Of a DNA stretch of 64,000 nucleotides, positions 9,673-19,449 are shown in pieces. The notes below the pieces were generated by a model. It searched no databases. It was not told the origin of the DNA and saw only the letters and a list, made by a program, of their open reading frames with translations. The position numbers were made by a program, and so were the translations under genes. Numbering within the stretch: the first letter of the stretch is position 1; each line of letters starts with the position of its first letter. Source of the stretch: Fimbriimonadales bacterium (GTDB lineage: Bacteria > Armatimonadota > Fimbriimonadia > Fimbriimonadales > ATM1). Location of the stretch: the NCBI GenBank assembly GCA_026129745.1, contig JAHCHL010000011.1, positions 1 to 64,000 on the forward strand, read 5' to 3'.

Positions 9673-10223
9673 GTTTTATCCTCCGGAGTCCATTTCACTT
9701 CTTCGACGCCTGAACGCCTGTTAACGGTACGCGCAAGTGTGAACAGGAGATCCGACAGCCTGTTCAAATAGATGATTGCTTCGGGCGGAATCTCTTCCTC
9801 TTCTGCGAGGGCAACGACAGAGCGCTCGGCCCTGCGGACGACAGTCCGGCAAAAATGAAGCTGCGCTGCCGTAGGCGAACCGCCCGGCAAAATGAAGTGG
9901 GTCAGCGGCGGGACTTGGCTCGTAAATTCGTCGATTTCGGCTTCGAGCCGGCTGATTTGAGACGGGCTAACTTGCGAAGTCCGGTAGTTGCCTTCCTTCG
10001 GTGTGGCGAGCATCGCACCTAGGTCGAATAGCTCATTCTGAACGCGACTAAGACAATCGGCGATGTCTGGACTCACTCCACAGGAGAGCGCGACTCCGAT
10101 TGCGGCGTTCGCTTCGTCGACGTCTCCGATCGCAGCAAGGCGTGGGCTGCTCTTCGAGACGCGACTGCCGCCGATAAGCCCAGACTGCCCGGTGTCGCCC
10201 GTTCGCGTGTAGATCTTCGCCAT
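9669..10223 (-). CDS. PduO-type ATP:cob(I)alamin adenosyltransferase
   Basis: The N-terminal motif is MAKIYTRTGDTGQSGL. Length is 184 aa. Confidence 0.85.
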   Translation of the reverse strand: MAKIYTRTGDTGQSGLIGGSRVSKSSPRLAAIGDVDEANAAIGVALSCGVSPDIADCLSRVQNELFDLGAMLATPKEGNYRTSQVSPSQISRLEAEIDEFTSQVPPLTHFILPGGSPTAAQLHFCRTVVRRAERSVVALAEEEEIPPEAIIYLNRLSDLLFTLARTVNRRSGVEEVKWTPEDKT

Positions 10224-10263
10224 GGCTGTAGTTTACATACGAAGGGCAGGTAGGCTATGGGAC

Positions 10264-10965
10264 ATGGTCGCAACGCTTATCGCATTCGCCGGACTGGCGA
10301 TTCAAGAGCCTAAGATCAACTTCATCGACATGATCATCGGAAAGGGTGAACCTGCACAAGCCGGCGACATTGTCGCCATCGATTACCGAGGCACGACCAC
10401 GACCGGACTTGAATTCGGCTCGACCCAGAATCGACCGCCGCAAGCGTTTCCGCTGGGCAAAGGCGTCGTCATCGAAGGGCTGGAGCAAGCGTTGATCGGA
10501 ATGAAGCCTGGGGGCAAGCGAGTCATTTCGGTACCGCCAGAATTGGGTTACGGCGACAAGGCGAATGGCCCGATTCCGCCCAACTCCACTCTGATTTACG
10601 AAATCACTTTGTTGCGTGTCGACAAAGAAGGCGCGGAACCCAAAATCGAGATTGTCGAAGTGGCGGATGGAGAAGGAGCGCCCGCGAAAGAAGGAGACGA
10701 ACTCGAAGTGCATTACACGGTGCGGTTTCTAAACGGCTTGAAACTCGACAGTTCGCACGACCGCAATGAAACGTTCAAAGTGACGCTCGGTCAGACTGCG
10801 GTGATCAAGGGATTCACGCAAGGCTTGACTGGCATGAAACAAGGCGGCAAGCGCAAGGTGACGATTCCATATCAGCTCGCCTATGGAGAAAGCGGCAGAG
10901 GTCCGCAGCTTCCGCCGTTCAGCACGCTGGTTTTCGATTTGGAAATCGTCAAGATCGGTAAGTAG
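10264..10965 (+). CDS. FKBP-type peptidyl-prolyl cis-trans isomerase with two FKBP domains
   Basis: The motifs GDIVAIDYRGTTTTGLEFGST and EGDELEVHYTVRFLNGLKLDSS...GFTQGL..GGKRKVTIP match FKBP. Confidence 0.8.
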   Translation: MVATLIAFAGLAIQEPKINFIDMIIGKGEPAQAGDIVAIDYRGTTTTGLEFGSTQNRPPQAFPLGKGVVIEGLEQALIGMKPGGKRVISVPPELGYGDKANGPIPPNSTLIYEITLLRVDKEGAEPKIEIVEVADGEGAPAKEGDELEVHYTVRFLNGLKLDSSHDRNETFKVTLGQTAVIKGFTQGLTGMKQGGKRKVTIPYQLAYGESGRGPQLPPFSTLVFDLEIVKIGK

Positions 10966-11799
10966 TTGTCGCCCTATCGTGCGGCATTTCTGACGTTCGT
11001 CGTGCTCGTGGCATTCGCGAGCAATTCCATTCTTTGTCGTTTGGCGCTTCGTGAAGGGCAGATCGATCCCGCGAGTTTTAGCACTATTCGCCTTGTTTCG
11101 GGAGCCATTGCGCTCTGGCTGTTGTTTTCACTCCGCTCGAAGAGTAAAGGCGCGGGAAATGCGATTTCCGGTTTCATGCTTGCGCTGTATGCCATCGCAT
11201 TTTCGTTTGCCTATGTCTCGCTCGACACTGGAGTTGGCGCGCTGATTCTCTTCGGAACCGTACAAGCGACGATGATCGCAGTTGGCATAGTTCGTGGACA
11301 GAGGCCTGGTATTCGCGAATGGATGGGGCTTGTAATGGCGCTTGGCGGATTGACTTATCTTGTTTCACCGGGATTGACTGCACCGAATCCAATTGGAGCC
11401 GCTCTGATGGCGGTAGCTGGAATCGCTTGGGGCGTTTACTCATTGCGCGGACGAGGCAGTTCGAATCCATCTTTGGCAACAGCGGAGAACTTCTACTGGT
11501 CTGCTCCCTTTGCGATTGCGGTTTCTGCGATCATGTTTTCACGAATCGAGATGACAAGCATGGGTGTCGTTTATGCGCTCATCTCCGGAATTGTCACATC
11601 CGGTTTAGGTTACGTTTTGTGGTACATGGTGCAACCGAGTCTGACTGCGATTCGCGCCGCTATCGTACAGCTCGCCGTGCCGATTCTGACGGCCTTCGGG
11701 GGAGCGTTCGTGTTGTCGGAACACATCACATCGAGACTTGTCATAGCGTCAATCGCGACGCTTGGTGGGGTGTCGTTGGCTGTGTTGACGCGACGCTAA
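10966..11799 (+). CDS. EamA/DMT-family transporter
   Basis: About 10 TM helices with a duplicated EamA pattern. Confidence 0.7.
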   Translation: MSPYRAAFLTFVVLVAFASNSILCRLALREGQIDPASFSTIRLVSGAIALWLLFSLRSKSKGAGNAISGFMLALYAIAFSFAYVSLDTGVGALILFGTVQATMIAVGIVRGQRPGIREWMGLVMALGGLTYLVSPGLTAPNPIGAALMAVAGIAWGVYSLRGRGSSNPSLATAENFYWSAPFAIAVSAIMFSRIEMTSMGVVYALISGIVTSGLGYVLWYMVQPSLTAIRAAIVQLAVPILTAFGGAFVLSEHITSRLVIASIATLGGVSLAVLTRR

Positions 11800-12794
11800 G
11801 CCAACTCTGCGCAAACCGCGTTCGCGAATTCGCTCGTTTTCGCCGAACCGAATAAGTCGTACGTTTTGATCCCTTTCACAAGCGTGGCTTCGACTGCTTT
11901 CTCGATTCGCAAGGCGGCTTCGTCTTCGCCGAGGTGGCGCAGCATCATCGTTCCCGACAGCAACAGCGCCATCGGGTTCACTTTGTCGAGCCCTTGATAC
12001 TTCGGCGCGGAGCCATGCACCGCTTCGAAAATCGCGCAGTTGACACCGTAATTCGCGCCGGGCGCGACTCCCAGTCCACCCATCATTCCAGCAGCCAAAT
12101 CGCTCACAATGTCGCCATACAAATTCGGCAGCACCAATACGTCGAAATTGCGCCACTTCGTAACAAGCTGCATGCAAAGCGCATCGACGATTACGTCCCA
12201 CGACTCCACATCGGGATACTCCGATGCGACGCGCTGAAACGTTCTCAAAAACAGTCCATCGGAAATCTTCATGATGTTCGCTTTGTGAACGCATGCCACC
12301 GCTCTGCGCCGATTCTTTCGTGCGTACTCGAAGGCCGCGCGCGCAATTCTCTCGGTGCCAGGATCGGAAATCACTTTTGTCGACATCGCGACGGTCGGCG
12401 TTTCCATGTATTCGATTTGCGAATACAGGTCCTCCGTGTTCTCCCGAAAAATAACGATGTCCAAACCCTCGAATGGAGTTGGGACTCCCGGCAACGACTT
12501 CGCGGGCCGAACGCACGCATACAAATCCAATCGCTTTCGCAGCGTCACGTTCGGCGAAACGGATCCCTTGCCGATCGGCGTTGTCATCGGCGCCTTGAGC
12601 GCGACACCGACTTCCTCGATCTTTTTCAACGTTCTGTCAGGAACGATCGGTTCACCCGCTTCGACGCAGCGCAGTCCTGCGTCGACTTCGATCCAGTTGA
12701 TCGAAACTCCAGCGGCGTTGATGATCTTCTCGGTCGCAGCCGTAATCTCCGGCCCGATTCCGTCTCCGCGAATTAAGCAAACATCATGTGGCAT
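11796..12794 (-). CDS. Beta-decarboxylating dehydrogenase (isocitrate/homoisocitrate/isopropylmalate dehydrogenase family)
   Basis: CLIRGDGIGPEI, NLYGDIVSDLAAGMMGGLG and a 332 aa length resemble Thermus HICDH and NAD-IDH. Confidence 0.8.
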   Translation of the reverse strand: MPHDVCLIRGDGIGPEITAATEKIINAAGVSINWIEVDAGLRCVEAGEPIVPDRTLKKIEEVGVALKAPMTTPIGKGSVSPNVTLRKRLDLYACVRPAKSLPGVPTPFEGLDIVIFRENTEDLYSQIEYMETPTVAMSTKVISDPGTERIARAAFEYARKNRRRAVACVHKANIMKISDGLFLRTFQRVASEYPDVESWDVIVDALCMQLVTKWRNFDVLVLPNLYGDIVSDLAAGMMGGLGVAPGANYGVNCAIFEAVHGSAPKYQGLDKVNPMALLLSGTMMLRHLGEDEAALRIEKAVEATLVKGIKTYDLFGSAKTSEFANAVCAELA

Positions 12795-12821
12795 ATTTTT
12801 TTTCTTCTTTCGTCAATCGAT

Positions 12822-13124
12822 TTAGTAAGGTTGGCTGTATTGATTCTCTCCGTCCTTTCGATACAGCTTTTGACACTTCGTCCAATGAAATCCATGTTGT
12901 GTGATCGCAGCGACCAAGCCCTCAATATCGCTGTCCGTAATCTCGCCTTCTGCTTCATATCTGCATCGGGGCCAATCGATCATCGAAAGCCCCTCCGGCT
13001 TAACCGGCCAGACTTTGGTTCCACGATTCGAGATAAAACTCAATTTGAACGGCCCGTGTTCTCGTGGAATGTCCGGAACACCTTCCGCTCTCAGGTAAAC
13101 GTCTACTCCGACAAGTTGAAACAT
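12822..13124 (-). CDS. Hypothetical small protein
   Basis: ATG at 13124. The upstream track extension is Arg-rich and overlaps the mcsB start. Confidence 0.3.
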   Translation of the reverse strand: MFQLVGVDVYLRAEGVPDIPREHGPFKLSFISNRGTKVWPVKPEGLSMIDWPRCRYEAEGEITDSDIEGLVAAITQHGFHWTKCQKLYRKDGENQYSQPY

Positions 13125-13192
13125 TCGAATATTTCCTCGGGGGGATGGGTAGCTCCGATTATGGGGCGGCGAAGCCTCCCAAGTCAACCCGC

Positions 13193-14212
13193 ATGACCGA
13201 CGAATTCGATCCTTGGCTCGATGCCGTGATGAGACAGGCCGTCGCTCCAGCCTGGCTGGCTGGCGATGCACCTCACAGTGACGTCGCGGTCTCATCTCGC
13301 GCCAGAATCATGCGAAATCTCGCCGGGTTTCCGTTCCCTCACAAAGCCAACCGGCCCGACTTGGAGGCAGTCGAAAGGGAAGTGCGCTCTGCCCTTGCGG
13401 AAGACGGTTTCATTCCGGTCGAGAACTTGCCGGAAGTCCAACGCGCAGTCTTGGTCGGGAGCCGGCTTATCTCGCCAGATTTTGATCCCAATTCGCCCGG
13501 AAGAGTGTTGCTTTTGTCAGAAGACCGAACTGTTGCGATCATGGTGAACGAAGAGGATCACCTGCGGATCCAGGCTGTGACCGCGGGCTACTCGATCGAG
13601 TCGGCGGCTTCGGCTGCGTCTGCGGCAGAACAAAAGCTGGGCCAACGCCTAAGCTTCGCAAGCGATCCGGAGTTCGGACACCTTTCTTCCAGTATCAGCA
13701 ACGCCGGATCCGGGCATCGACTCGGTGTCATGCTGCACCTCGGTGCCTTGGCCGCAACCGGCAAGGCCAATGCTGCTGTCAAGGAGGTCGATGACGCAGG
13801 ATTCGAGGTTCGCGGCCTCCTGGGTGAAAGGTCCCCTGGGCTTGCCGGCTTCGTCCAGGTGTCGACCACAGGCAACGATCCAGAGGAACTTTTCGCCCGG
13901 CTGGACGTTCTCATTAATCAAGAGCGTGAAGCGAGAAGCGCCCTGCACGAGCAGAAACTAAGGGATGGCGTCGAAAGCGCTCAAGGAAGAATCGAGGCCC
14001 AGGATGGCATCGACATGGAAACCGCCACTCGCGCGATTGGGTGGCTCCGACTCGGCGCCCTGCGGGGGATTGTCGACCATCATCCACGCAGGCTCGACGC
14101 ACTTTTGACACTGATCCTTTTCGGCTCGGCCGATGACCCACCGACCAACCGAAGGCGAAGCCGGCTTTTTCGGCGATCGCTTGGGTTGACCTCCCCCGGC
14201 GGCGAGACCTAA
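13193..14212 (+). CDS. mcsB: Protein-arginine kinase McsB (ATP:guanido phosphotransferase)
   Basis: SSRARIMRNLAGFPFP and NEEDHLRIQ motifs are present. It sits immediately upstream of clpC. Confidence 0.8.
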   Translation: MTDEFDPWLDAVMRQAVAPAWLAGDAPHSDVAVSSRARIMRNLAGFPFPHKANRPDLEAVEREVRSALAEDGFIPVENLPEVQRAVLVGSRLISPDFDPNSPGRVLLLSEDRTVAIMVNEEDHLRIQAVTAGYSIESAASAASAAEQKLGQRLSFASDPEFGHLSSSISNAGSGHRLGVMLHLGALAATGKANAAVKEVDDAGFEVRGLLGERSPGLAGFVQVSTTGNDPEELFARLDVLINQEREARSALHEQKLRDGVESAQGRIEAQDGIDMETATRAIGWLRLGALRGIVDHHPRRLDALLTLILFGSADDPPTNRRRSRLFRRSLGLTSPGGET

Positions 14213-14331
14213 CCGATAATTCAATTGAAACGGGTTCGTGTGGTATGTTCAATTTGGGCGGCGGCACAGCCGCATGAACGCCCAGGACCGAAAAAGGTGG
14301 CGCGGTGAAACCCCGCACCGACATCTGAAAT

Positions 14332-16824
14332 ATGTGGCAGAGATTTACAGAACGCGCAAGAAAAGTTGTCTTCTACGCACAAGAAGAGGCGCAGAAGTTC
14401 GGCGAGGGCTATGTCAGCACGGAGCACCTCCTGCTTGGGCTCGTAAGGGAGCCTGACAGCGTCGCAGCTCGCGTTCTTGAAAAAATTGGCATCAGCCTAA
14501 GCCGGATTCGATCCGAAGTCGAGCGACAGCTTCCTCGCGGCGACCACAAGCCCGTGCAGGAGATGACGCTCACCCCGCGCGCAAAACGAGTGATCGACCT
14601 CGCTTACGATGAAGCGCGAACCCTCAATAACAATTACATCGGAACGGAGCATCTGTTGCTTGGCCTAATTAGGGAAGGCGATGGCCTGGCCGGGCGTGTC
14701 CTCTCAAAACTTGGCGTCGAACTCGACAAGGCGCGCCAAGAAGTGATGAAGCTTCAAGACAACGAGGCGCCAAGCCGGGCAGGTGGAAGCAGCCGAAGCG
14801 GCAGAAGCCAAACCCAAACGCTCGACGAATTCGGAAGGGACTTGACCGAATATGCGCGTCAAGGAAAACTGGACCCGGTCGTTGGCCGCACCAATGAAAT
14901 CGAACGGGTCATGCAGATTTTGAGCCGACGAACAAAGAACAACCCGTGCCTGATTGGCGAGCCGGGCGTCGGCAAGACCGCTATCGCCGAAGGGCTTGCC
15001 CAGCGCATCGTCGCTGGAGACGTCCCAGAGCAAATCCGTGACAAGCGGATCGTCGCACTCGACCTGGCGGCACTCGTCGCCGGCACCAAGTATCGCGGTG
15101 AGTTCGAGGAGAGGATGAAGCGCGTCATGGAGGAGGTCCGCAAAGCGGATGGCGAGGTCATCCTGTTTGTGGACGAGCTTCACACTCTCGTGGGCGCGGG
15201 CGCCGCAGAAGGCGCCATCGATGCTTCCAACATCATGAAACCCGCCCTCGCAAGAGGTGAGCTCCAATGCATCGGCGCGACGACTCAAGACGAGTTCCGC
15301 AAATATATCGAGCGGGACGCCGCCTTAGAGCGTCGATTCCAGCCAGTGGTGGTTCGCGAGCCCAACGAAGAGGAGGCAGTCGCCATCCTCAAGGGTCTTC
15401 GCGACCGCTACGAGGCGCACCACAAAGTTGAAATCCGAGACGACGCACTCGACGCCGCGGTCCAGCTCTCTCAGCGGTACATCACCGACAGAACGTTGCC
15501 GGACAAAGCGATCGATCTTATCGACGAGGCATCCAGCCGCGCAAGGCTGATGCAAACGCTTCCGCCGCTCGACATTCGACAAGACAAGCAAAAGCTTGAG
15601 AGGTTGAAGACAGAACTCGAGCACTTGCAAAAGCATCAAGAACTCGACACGCGAGGCGAAGTACTCGACAAGGAAGTCAAGGATCTCGAAGCGAGCATCG
15701 AAGAGCGCGAAGAGCAGTGGGAAGCGCTTCCTCGTCAAGACCCAATCATCACCGAAGACGACGTCGCGCACATCGTTCAATCCTGGACAGGGATACCGGT
15801 TGCGAGGTTAGTCGAGACAGAAAGCAACAAGCTGTTGCGCATGGAAGACGAGCTCCACAAGCGCGTCATTGGCCAGCACGACGCGGTGGCGGCGGTTTCG
15901 CGCGCCGTTCGAAGAGCCAGAAGCGGAATGAAGGATCCGAAGAGGCCGATGGGTTCGTTCATCTTCCTCGGACCGACAGGAATTGGAAAGACCGAAATGG
16001 CACGCGCGCTCGCTGAGTACCTGTTCGAAAACGAGAACAATCTCGTGCGCATCGACATGTCTGAGTACATGGAGCGGTTCGCGGTCAGCAGACTCGTAGG
16101 AGCCCCCCCCGGATACGTTGGGCACGAGGACGGTGGGCAGCTCACCGAAGCGGTTCGCCGCAATCCGTATTGCGTCGTGCTTCTTGACGAAATCGAGAAG
16201 GCGCATCCGGAAGTCTTCAATATCTTATTGCAAGTCTTGGAAGACGGACGACTCACCGACTCGCAGGGAAGAGTCGTTGATTTTAGAAACACCGTCGTCA
16301 TCATGACGTCGAACGTCGGCGTCAAGCCGATCGAAGAAGAGCGCGGCATGGGATTCCGCGAAGCGAAGCTCGATCCGAACGATCCGAAAGTCTACGAGGC
16401 CATGAAGAACAAGATGCTTTCGGAAATGAAGAAGCTCTTCCGGCCAGAATTCCTCAATCGTGTCGACGAAGTGATCGTGTTCCACCACCTCACTCGCGAA
16501 GAGATTCTGCAGATCGTCGATTTGCAGCTTGAGCGCGTGAACAAGCAAGCGGAGCGCAGCCATATGAAAGTCGAAGCGACGCAAGCGGTCAAAGACTTCC
16601 TCGCCAAAGAAGGTTATCAGCCGGATATGGGCGCCCGACCCTTGCGCCGTGCGGTTCAGCGTTACATCGAAGACGCGCTTTCGGAAGAGATTTTGTTCGG
16701 AAGGTTCACCGAAGGCGACACGATCCTCGCAGACCTCGACGATACCGGCCAAATCGTCTTCAAGAAAGTCGACGGCACGGACGGCAGCGCGCCAAGAGAA
16801 GAAGAGTCGGCAGTCAAAAACTAA
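14332..16824 (+). CDS. clpC: ATP-dependent Clp protease ATP-binding subunit ClpC
   Basis: It has two Clp_N repeats, a UVR coiled coil, two AAA+ modules (GEPGVGKT; GPTGIGKT), and is 830 aa. Confidence 0.9.
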   Translation: MWQRFTERARKVVFYAQEEAQKFGEGYVSTEHLLLGLVREPDSVAARVLEKIGISLSRIRSEVERQLPRGDHKPVQEMTLTPRAKRVIDLAYDEARTLNNNYIGTEHLLLGLIREGDGLAGRVLSKLGVELDKARQEVMKLQDNEAPSRAGGSSRSGRSQTQTLDEFGRDLTEYARQGKLDPVVGRTNEIERVMQILSRRTKNNPCLIGEPGVGKTAIAEGLAQRIVAGDVPEQIRDKRIVALDLAALVAGTKYRGEFEERMKRVMEEVRKADGEVILFVDELHTLVGAGAAEGAIDASNIMKPALARGELQCIGATTQDEFRKYIERDAALERRFQPVVVREPNEEEAVAILKGLRDRYEAHHKVEIRDDALDAAVQLSQRYITDRTLPDKAIDLIDEASSRARLMQTLPPLDIRQDKQKLERLKTELEHLQKHQELDTRGEVLDKEVKDLEASIEEREEQWEALPRQDPIITEDDVAHIVQSWTGIPVARLVETESNKLLRMEDELHKRVIGQHDAVAAVSRAVRRARSGMKDPKRPMGSFIFLGPTGIGKTEMARALAEYLFENENNLVRIDMSEYMERFAVSRLVGAPPGYVGHEDGGQLTEAVRRNPYCVVLLDEIEKAHPEVFNILLQVLEDGRLTDSQGRVVDFRNTVVIMTSNVGVKPIEEERGMGFREAKLDPNDPKVYEAMKNKMLSEMKKLFRPEFLNRVDEVIVFHHLTREEILQIVDLQLERVNKQAERSHMKVEATQAVKDFLAKEGYQPDMGARPLRRAVQRYIEDALSEEILFGRFTEGDTILADLDDTGQIVFKKVDGTDGSAPREEESAVKN

Positions 16825-17017
16825 GGCAGCCATCCAAGTCTTGCCGGGTCGCCGGTCGCCCACCAGGGGATCGTCCGGAGAAAGCAGCCGCAACTCCAAC
16901 TTCGCCATCGCACGGGTTTGGACGGGTTGAGCGGCGGGGAGTGAGCATGTAGACTCACACACGCCGAATCTGCGACTCTTGTTTATAACCTGGTCAAATT
17001 ACTGTAGCTCTCTCTCT

Positions 17018-17031
17018 GTACAATTGTACAA
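17018..17031. promoter_or_regulatory. Perfect 14-bp palindrome TGTACAATTGTACA in the clpC-downstream intergenic region; candidate operator
   Basis: It was read directly from the sequence and is identical to its reverse complement. It lies about 45 bp upstream of an RBS-bearing 26-codon ORF. Confidence 0.3.
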
Positions 17032-17154
17032 TCTCGTGCCCAAGGCCGCTAAGGGGCGTCTAAGGAGGAAAGAGATGCACTACTTGTTGACAAGAAGGGC
17101 GCTTCTGAAGACTACCGCAACGGCCAGTATGCGTCAAAGCATAAGGAATTCAGA

Positions 17155-17538
17155 ATGAGAAAGCTACACGTGATAGCGCTGGTGTTTGTTGTGGCCATTT
17201 GGGTTATGTCGGGGGCATGGACCCGGGGTGGGCCCATTGTGGAATTGCCGATACTGTTTGCATTTTTCTTCGGATTTGTCCTCGGCGTTATCTACGGCGA
17301 CGAACCCGAATCGAAGCGGCGGCCGGTAAACACGTTCTGGTTGGTCACGTCTGGATTGTTCGGGCTGTTCGTGGGAGCGGTCGTCGGCATCGTTCAGTGG
17401 ATCGCCCATGGCGAATGGTTGACAAGCGCTTTCTTGACGGACTGCGCGTTCGGGTTGGCGTTCGGTCTTCTGCTCGGGCTTACGCAAAGAGCTGCTCGCG
17501 ACCGAGTATCGCCCGATAGGAACCTATGCCTGAGTTAG
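17155..17538 (+). CDS. Small 4-TM membrane protein, hypothetical
   Basis: The hydrophobicity pattern supports this. It is preceded by a 26-codon ORF whose stop overlaps its ATG. Confidence 0.45.
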   Translation: MRKLHVIALVFVVAIWVMSGAWTRGGPIVELPILFAFFFGFVLGVIYGDEPESKRRPVNTFWLVTSGLFGLFVGAVVGIVQWIAHGEWLTSAFLTDCAFGLAFGLLLGLTQRAARDRVSPDRNLCLS

Positions 17539-17742
17539 AGGCATACAGACGCCGCGGCCAAACGTGGGAAACGGGTAAGGCTCAAGTATCAAATAGAAGT
17601 CAACCGTTACCTCCACAGCGAGTCGGCGATCCCAACATGAAACTGATGGGTGTGTATCGCGGCGCGGGCTTGCAATGGGTTCTCGTGAATCCGCCTGGCT
17701 TTGGCAACGGCGCACCGAACAATCCTCCAGGAGGTCCCTCAG

Positions 17743-18909
17743 GTGGTTAGCTTAATAGTCACAACTCTCGTATTCGCATCCTCAGCTTTCGACGACGAAG
17801 CCGAAGCTCTCGCTAAAGCACGCGCGTTTCGACAGGTCGCTGCCACCGCGAATGGCACGTACTTGAACCATTACGAGCCCGCGTTCGAACTCAGAGATTC
17901 TGAACACGACTCCAATCAATACGTCTTCAACTTCAAAGACGGCAGAGTTCGTTTGCGCCGATCCGATCACTTGATCATTGGATTTAGTTTTTCGCCAGCT
18001 GATGCGAACTGGCCCCCCCCGGACACCTGGGATAGCCAGAATGCAGTCGGCGATGTTGCAGCTCAAGCTCTTGCCGAGCAGTATATCGCCGCAAGCGGAT
18101 GGTCACAGCTCTGTGTTCTCAAATCTCTTCTGAGGGGAGTCGCCGGAGGCGACATGGCATACATCATGTCCTACGCGCCGCAATACAATAACGTCAATTT
18201 TCATCCGCACGATAAGATTTCTCTAACAATTGAATACCATAGCGGGCGGCTTCTTATGCTCGCACGAACCATCGAATTACCGAATCCTCCTGCGTCACTT
18301 ACGCCCTCGATCACACTCGAATCCGCGCTTTACTATTTCCTCGTCCATCTGTCATCCGAATACGGTGTCACTCACATCAACCTCGACGCGGCAGACCTCG
18401 TCATCTGGAACCCCAAGCCGTGGGAAATCAATACAGAATCGAACACACTGCCACAGTCAGTACTCGGAATGATCGGTACCAACGAGTCTACGCTCGTCTA
18501 TTGCCTCGCGGCATCTCAGCCCAGTACGGGCCAAACAGTCAAGGCGGACATCGCGGCCTTTGGAGGATACGTTGATCCGCAGTCTGGCACAGTCTGGAGC
18601 GTGAAGCGCTACTCGCCATTCGGCCGCGGAGGAAGACCTGGTTTACTGCGCTGGGATTTGGGTGTGGGCGCGATTACGGTTTCCAACGGTAAGCAAGCGA
18701 TCGAAGTCAAAGAGGCGGACGTGGATCAAGTGTTCGCTCCCAGGACGTTCACTCCATCTTCGAAGATCGTTTTGCGCCGCGCGAAAGTCGTCGTCGTCAT
18801 CGAATACGACCGCACTTCCGGCCTAATCCGCACGTCGCAAAATGAGATGCACAGCTACGGGAAACCATCTGATAACCTCAAGCGCGCTCTCGATCAACTA
18901 ACGCGCTAA
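17743..18909 (+). CDS. Exported hypothetical protein
   Basis: GTG at 17743 lies 8 nt after AGGAGG and is followed by a signal-peptide-like VVSLIVTTLVFASSAF. Confidence 0.5.
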   Translation: MVSLIVTTLVFASSAFDDEAEALAKARAFRQVAATANGTYLNHYEPAFELRDSEHDSNQYVFNFKDGRVRLRRSDHLIIGFSFSPADANWPPPDTWDSQNAVGDVAAQALAEQYIAASGWSQLCVLKSLLRGVAGGDMAYIMSYAPQYNNVNFHPHDKISLTIEYHSGRLLMLARTIELPNPPASLTPSITLESALYYFLVHLSSEYGVTHINLDAADLVIWNPKPWEINTESNTLPQSVLGMIGTNESTLVYCLAASQPSTGQTVKADIAAFGGYVDPQSGTVWSVKRYSPFGRGGRPGLLRWDLGVGAITVSNGKQAIEVKEADVDQVFAPRTFTPSSKIVLRRAKVVVVIEYDRTSGLIRTSQNEMHSYGKPSDNLKRALDQLTR

Positions 18910-18916
18910 GCCAGCT

Positions 18917-19019
18917 CTGAACAAGGCCGCGGAGCGCAGCCATATGAAAGTCGAAGCGACGCAAGCGGTCAAAGATTTCCTCGCCAAAGAAGGCTATCAG
19001 CCGGATATGGGCGCCCGAA
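18917..19019 (+). pseudogene. About 100 bp fragment copied from clpC (equivalent to clpC nt 16537-16639); non-functional remnant
   Basis: Positions 18929-19019 differ from clpC 16549-16639 at only 2 positions. The fragment encodes [30 protein letters not shown] and then diverges to a stop. Confidence 0.8.
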
Positions 19020-19025
19020 TACGAT

Positions 19026-19271
19026 GTGCCGTGGGTTGAGCATCCTGGAATACCGAATGTGTTCGGACGATGGTTGCCCGAAACCCCACTGTCGGTTTTC
19101 GATGGTTTGGATAAGCAAGGTGATTGGATTTTGCGCATCGAAGACTTTGCTTCAGGCGATATCGGTGACCTGCGCGGCTTCAGCATCGAGATGACCAACG
19201 TTCCTGAACCGATGACCGCTATGGGGCTGATTGTTGGACTCATTGTGCTTTGCAAAAGGCGGCGAAGTTAG
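19026..19271 (+). CDS. Orphan C-terminal fragment with PEP-CTERM sorting signal
   Basis: It ends with VPEPMTAMGLIVGLIVLCKRRRS (PEP motif, TM helix, basic tail). The preceding approximately 50 aa resemble the end of a P-domain-like beta-sandwich. No N-terminal body is present. Confidence 0.5.
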   Translation: MPWVEHPGIPNVFGRWLPETPLSVFDGLDKQGDWILRIEDFASGDIGDLRGFSIEMTNVPEPMTAMGLIVGLIVLCKRRRS

Positions 19272-19449
19272 TGGGTTGTCCTTTGAGGTGCTTCAACCGT
19301 TCGATCGGTTTTGGATGTGCATAGCCCCACAGTCCGATGCAATCCATTCCTTGGAAGTAATGTGACGTCCGCAGAGCGAATGAAACATAAAGGTTCAACC
19401 AAACACTCTGTCCGAATCCAAAGCGGTCAGGTAGATCCGAGGTTCGCCG

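Noticed and set aside
13100-13192. Looked for a CtsR operator (direct heptad repeat GGTCAAA-N3-GGTCAAA) upstream of mcsB
   Set aside because: There is only a loose GGTAAAC...GTTGAAA resemblance and no convincing direct repeat.
12822-13295. Long N-terminal extension of the 12822-13295 minus-strand ORF
   Set aside because: The Arg/Pro-rich extension overlaps the mcsB start on the other strand and is probably non-coding. The CDS was trimmed to the ATG at 13124.
17526-17750. 75-codon ORF bridging the membrane protein and exported protein
   Set aside because: Its N-terminal half overlaps the end of the 17155-17538 gene and has no coding features. Only the last 37 codons were kept, as a low-interest observation.
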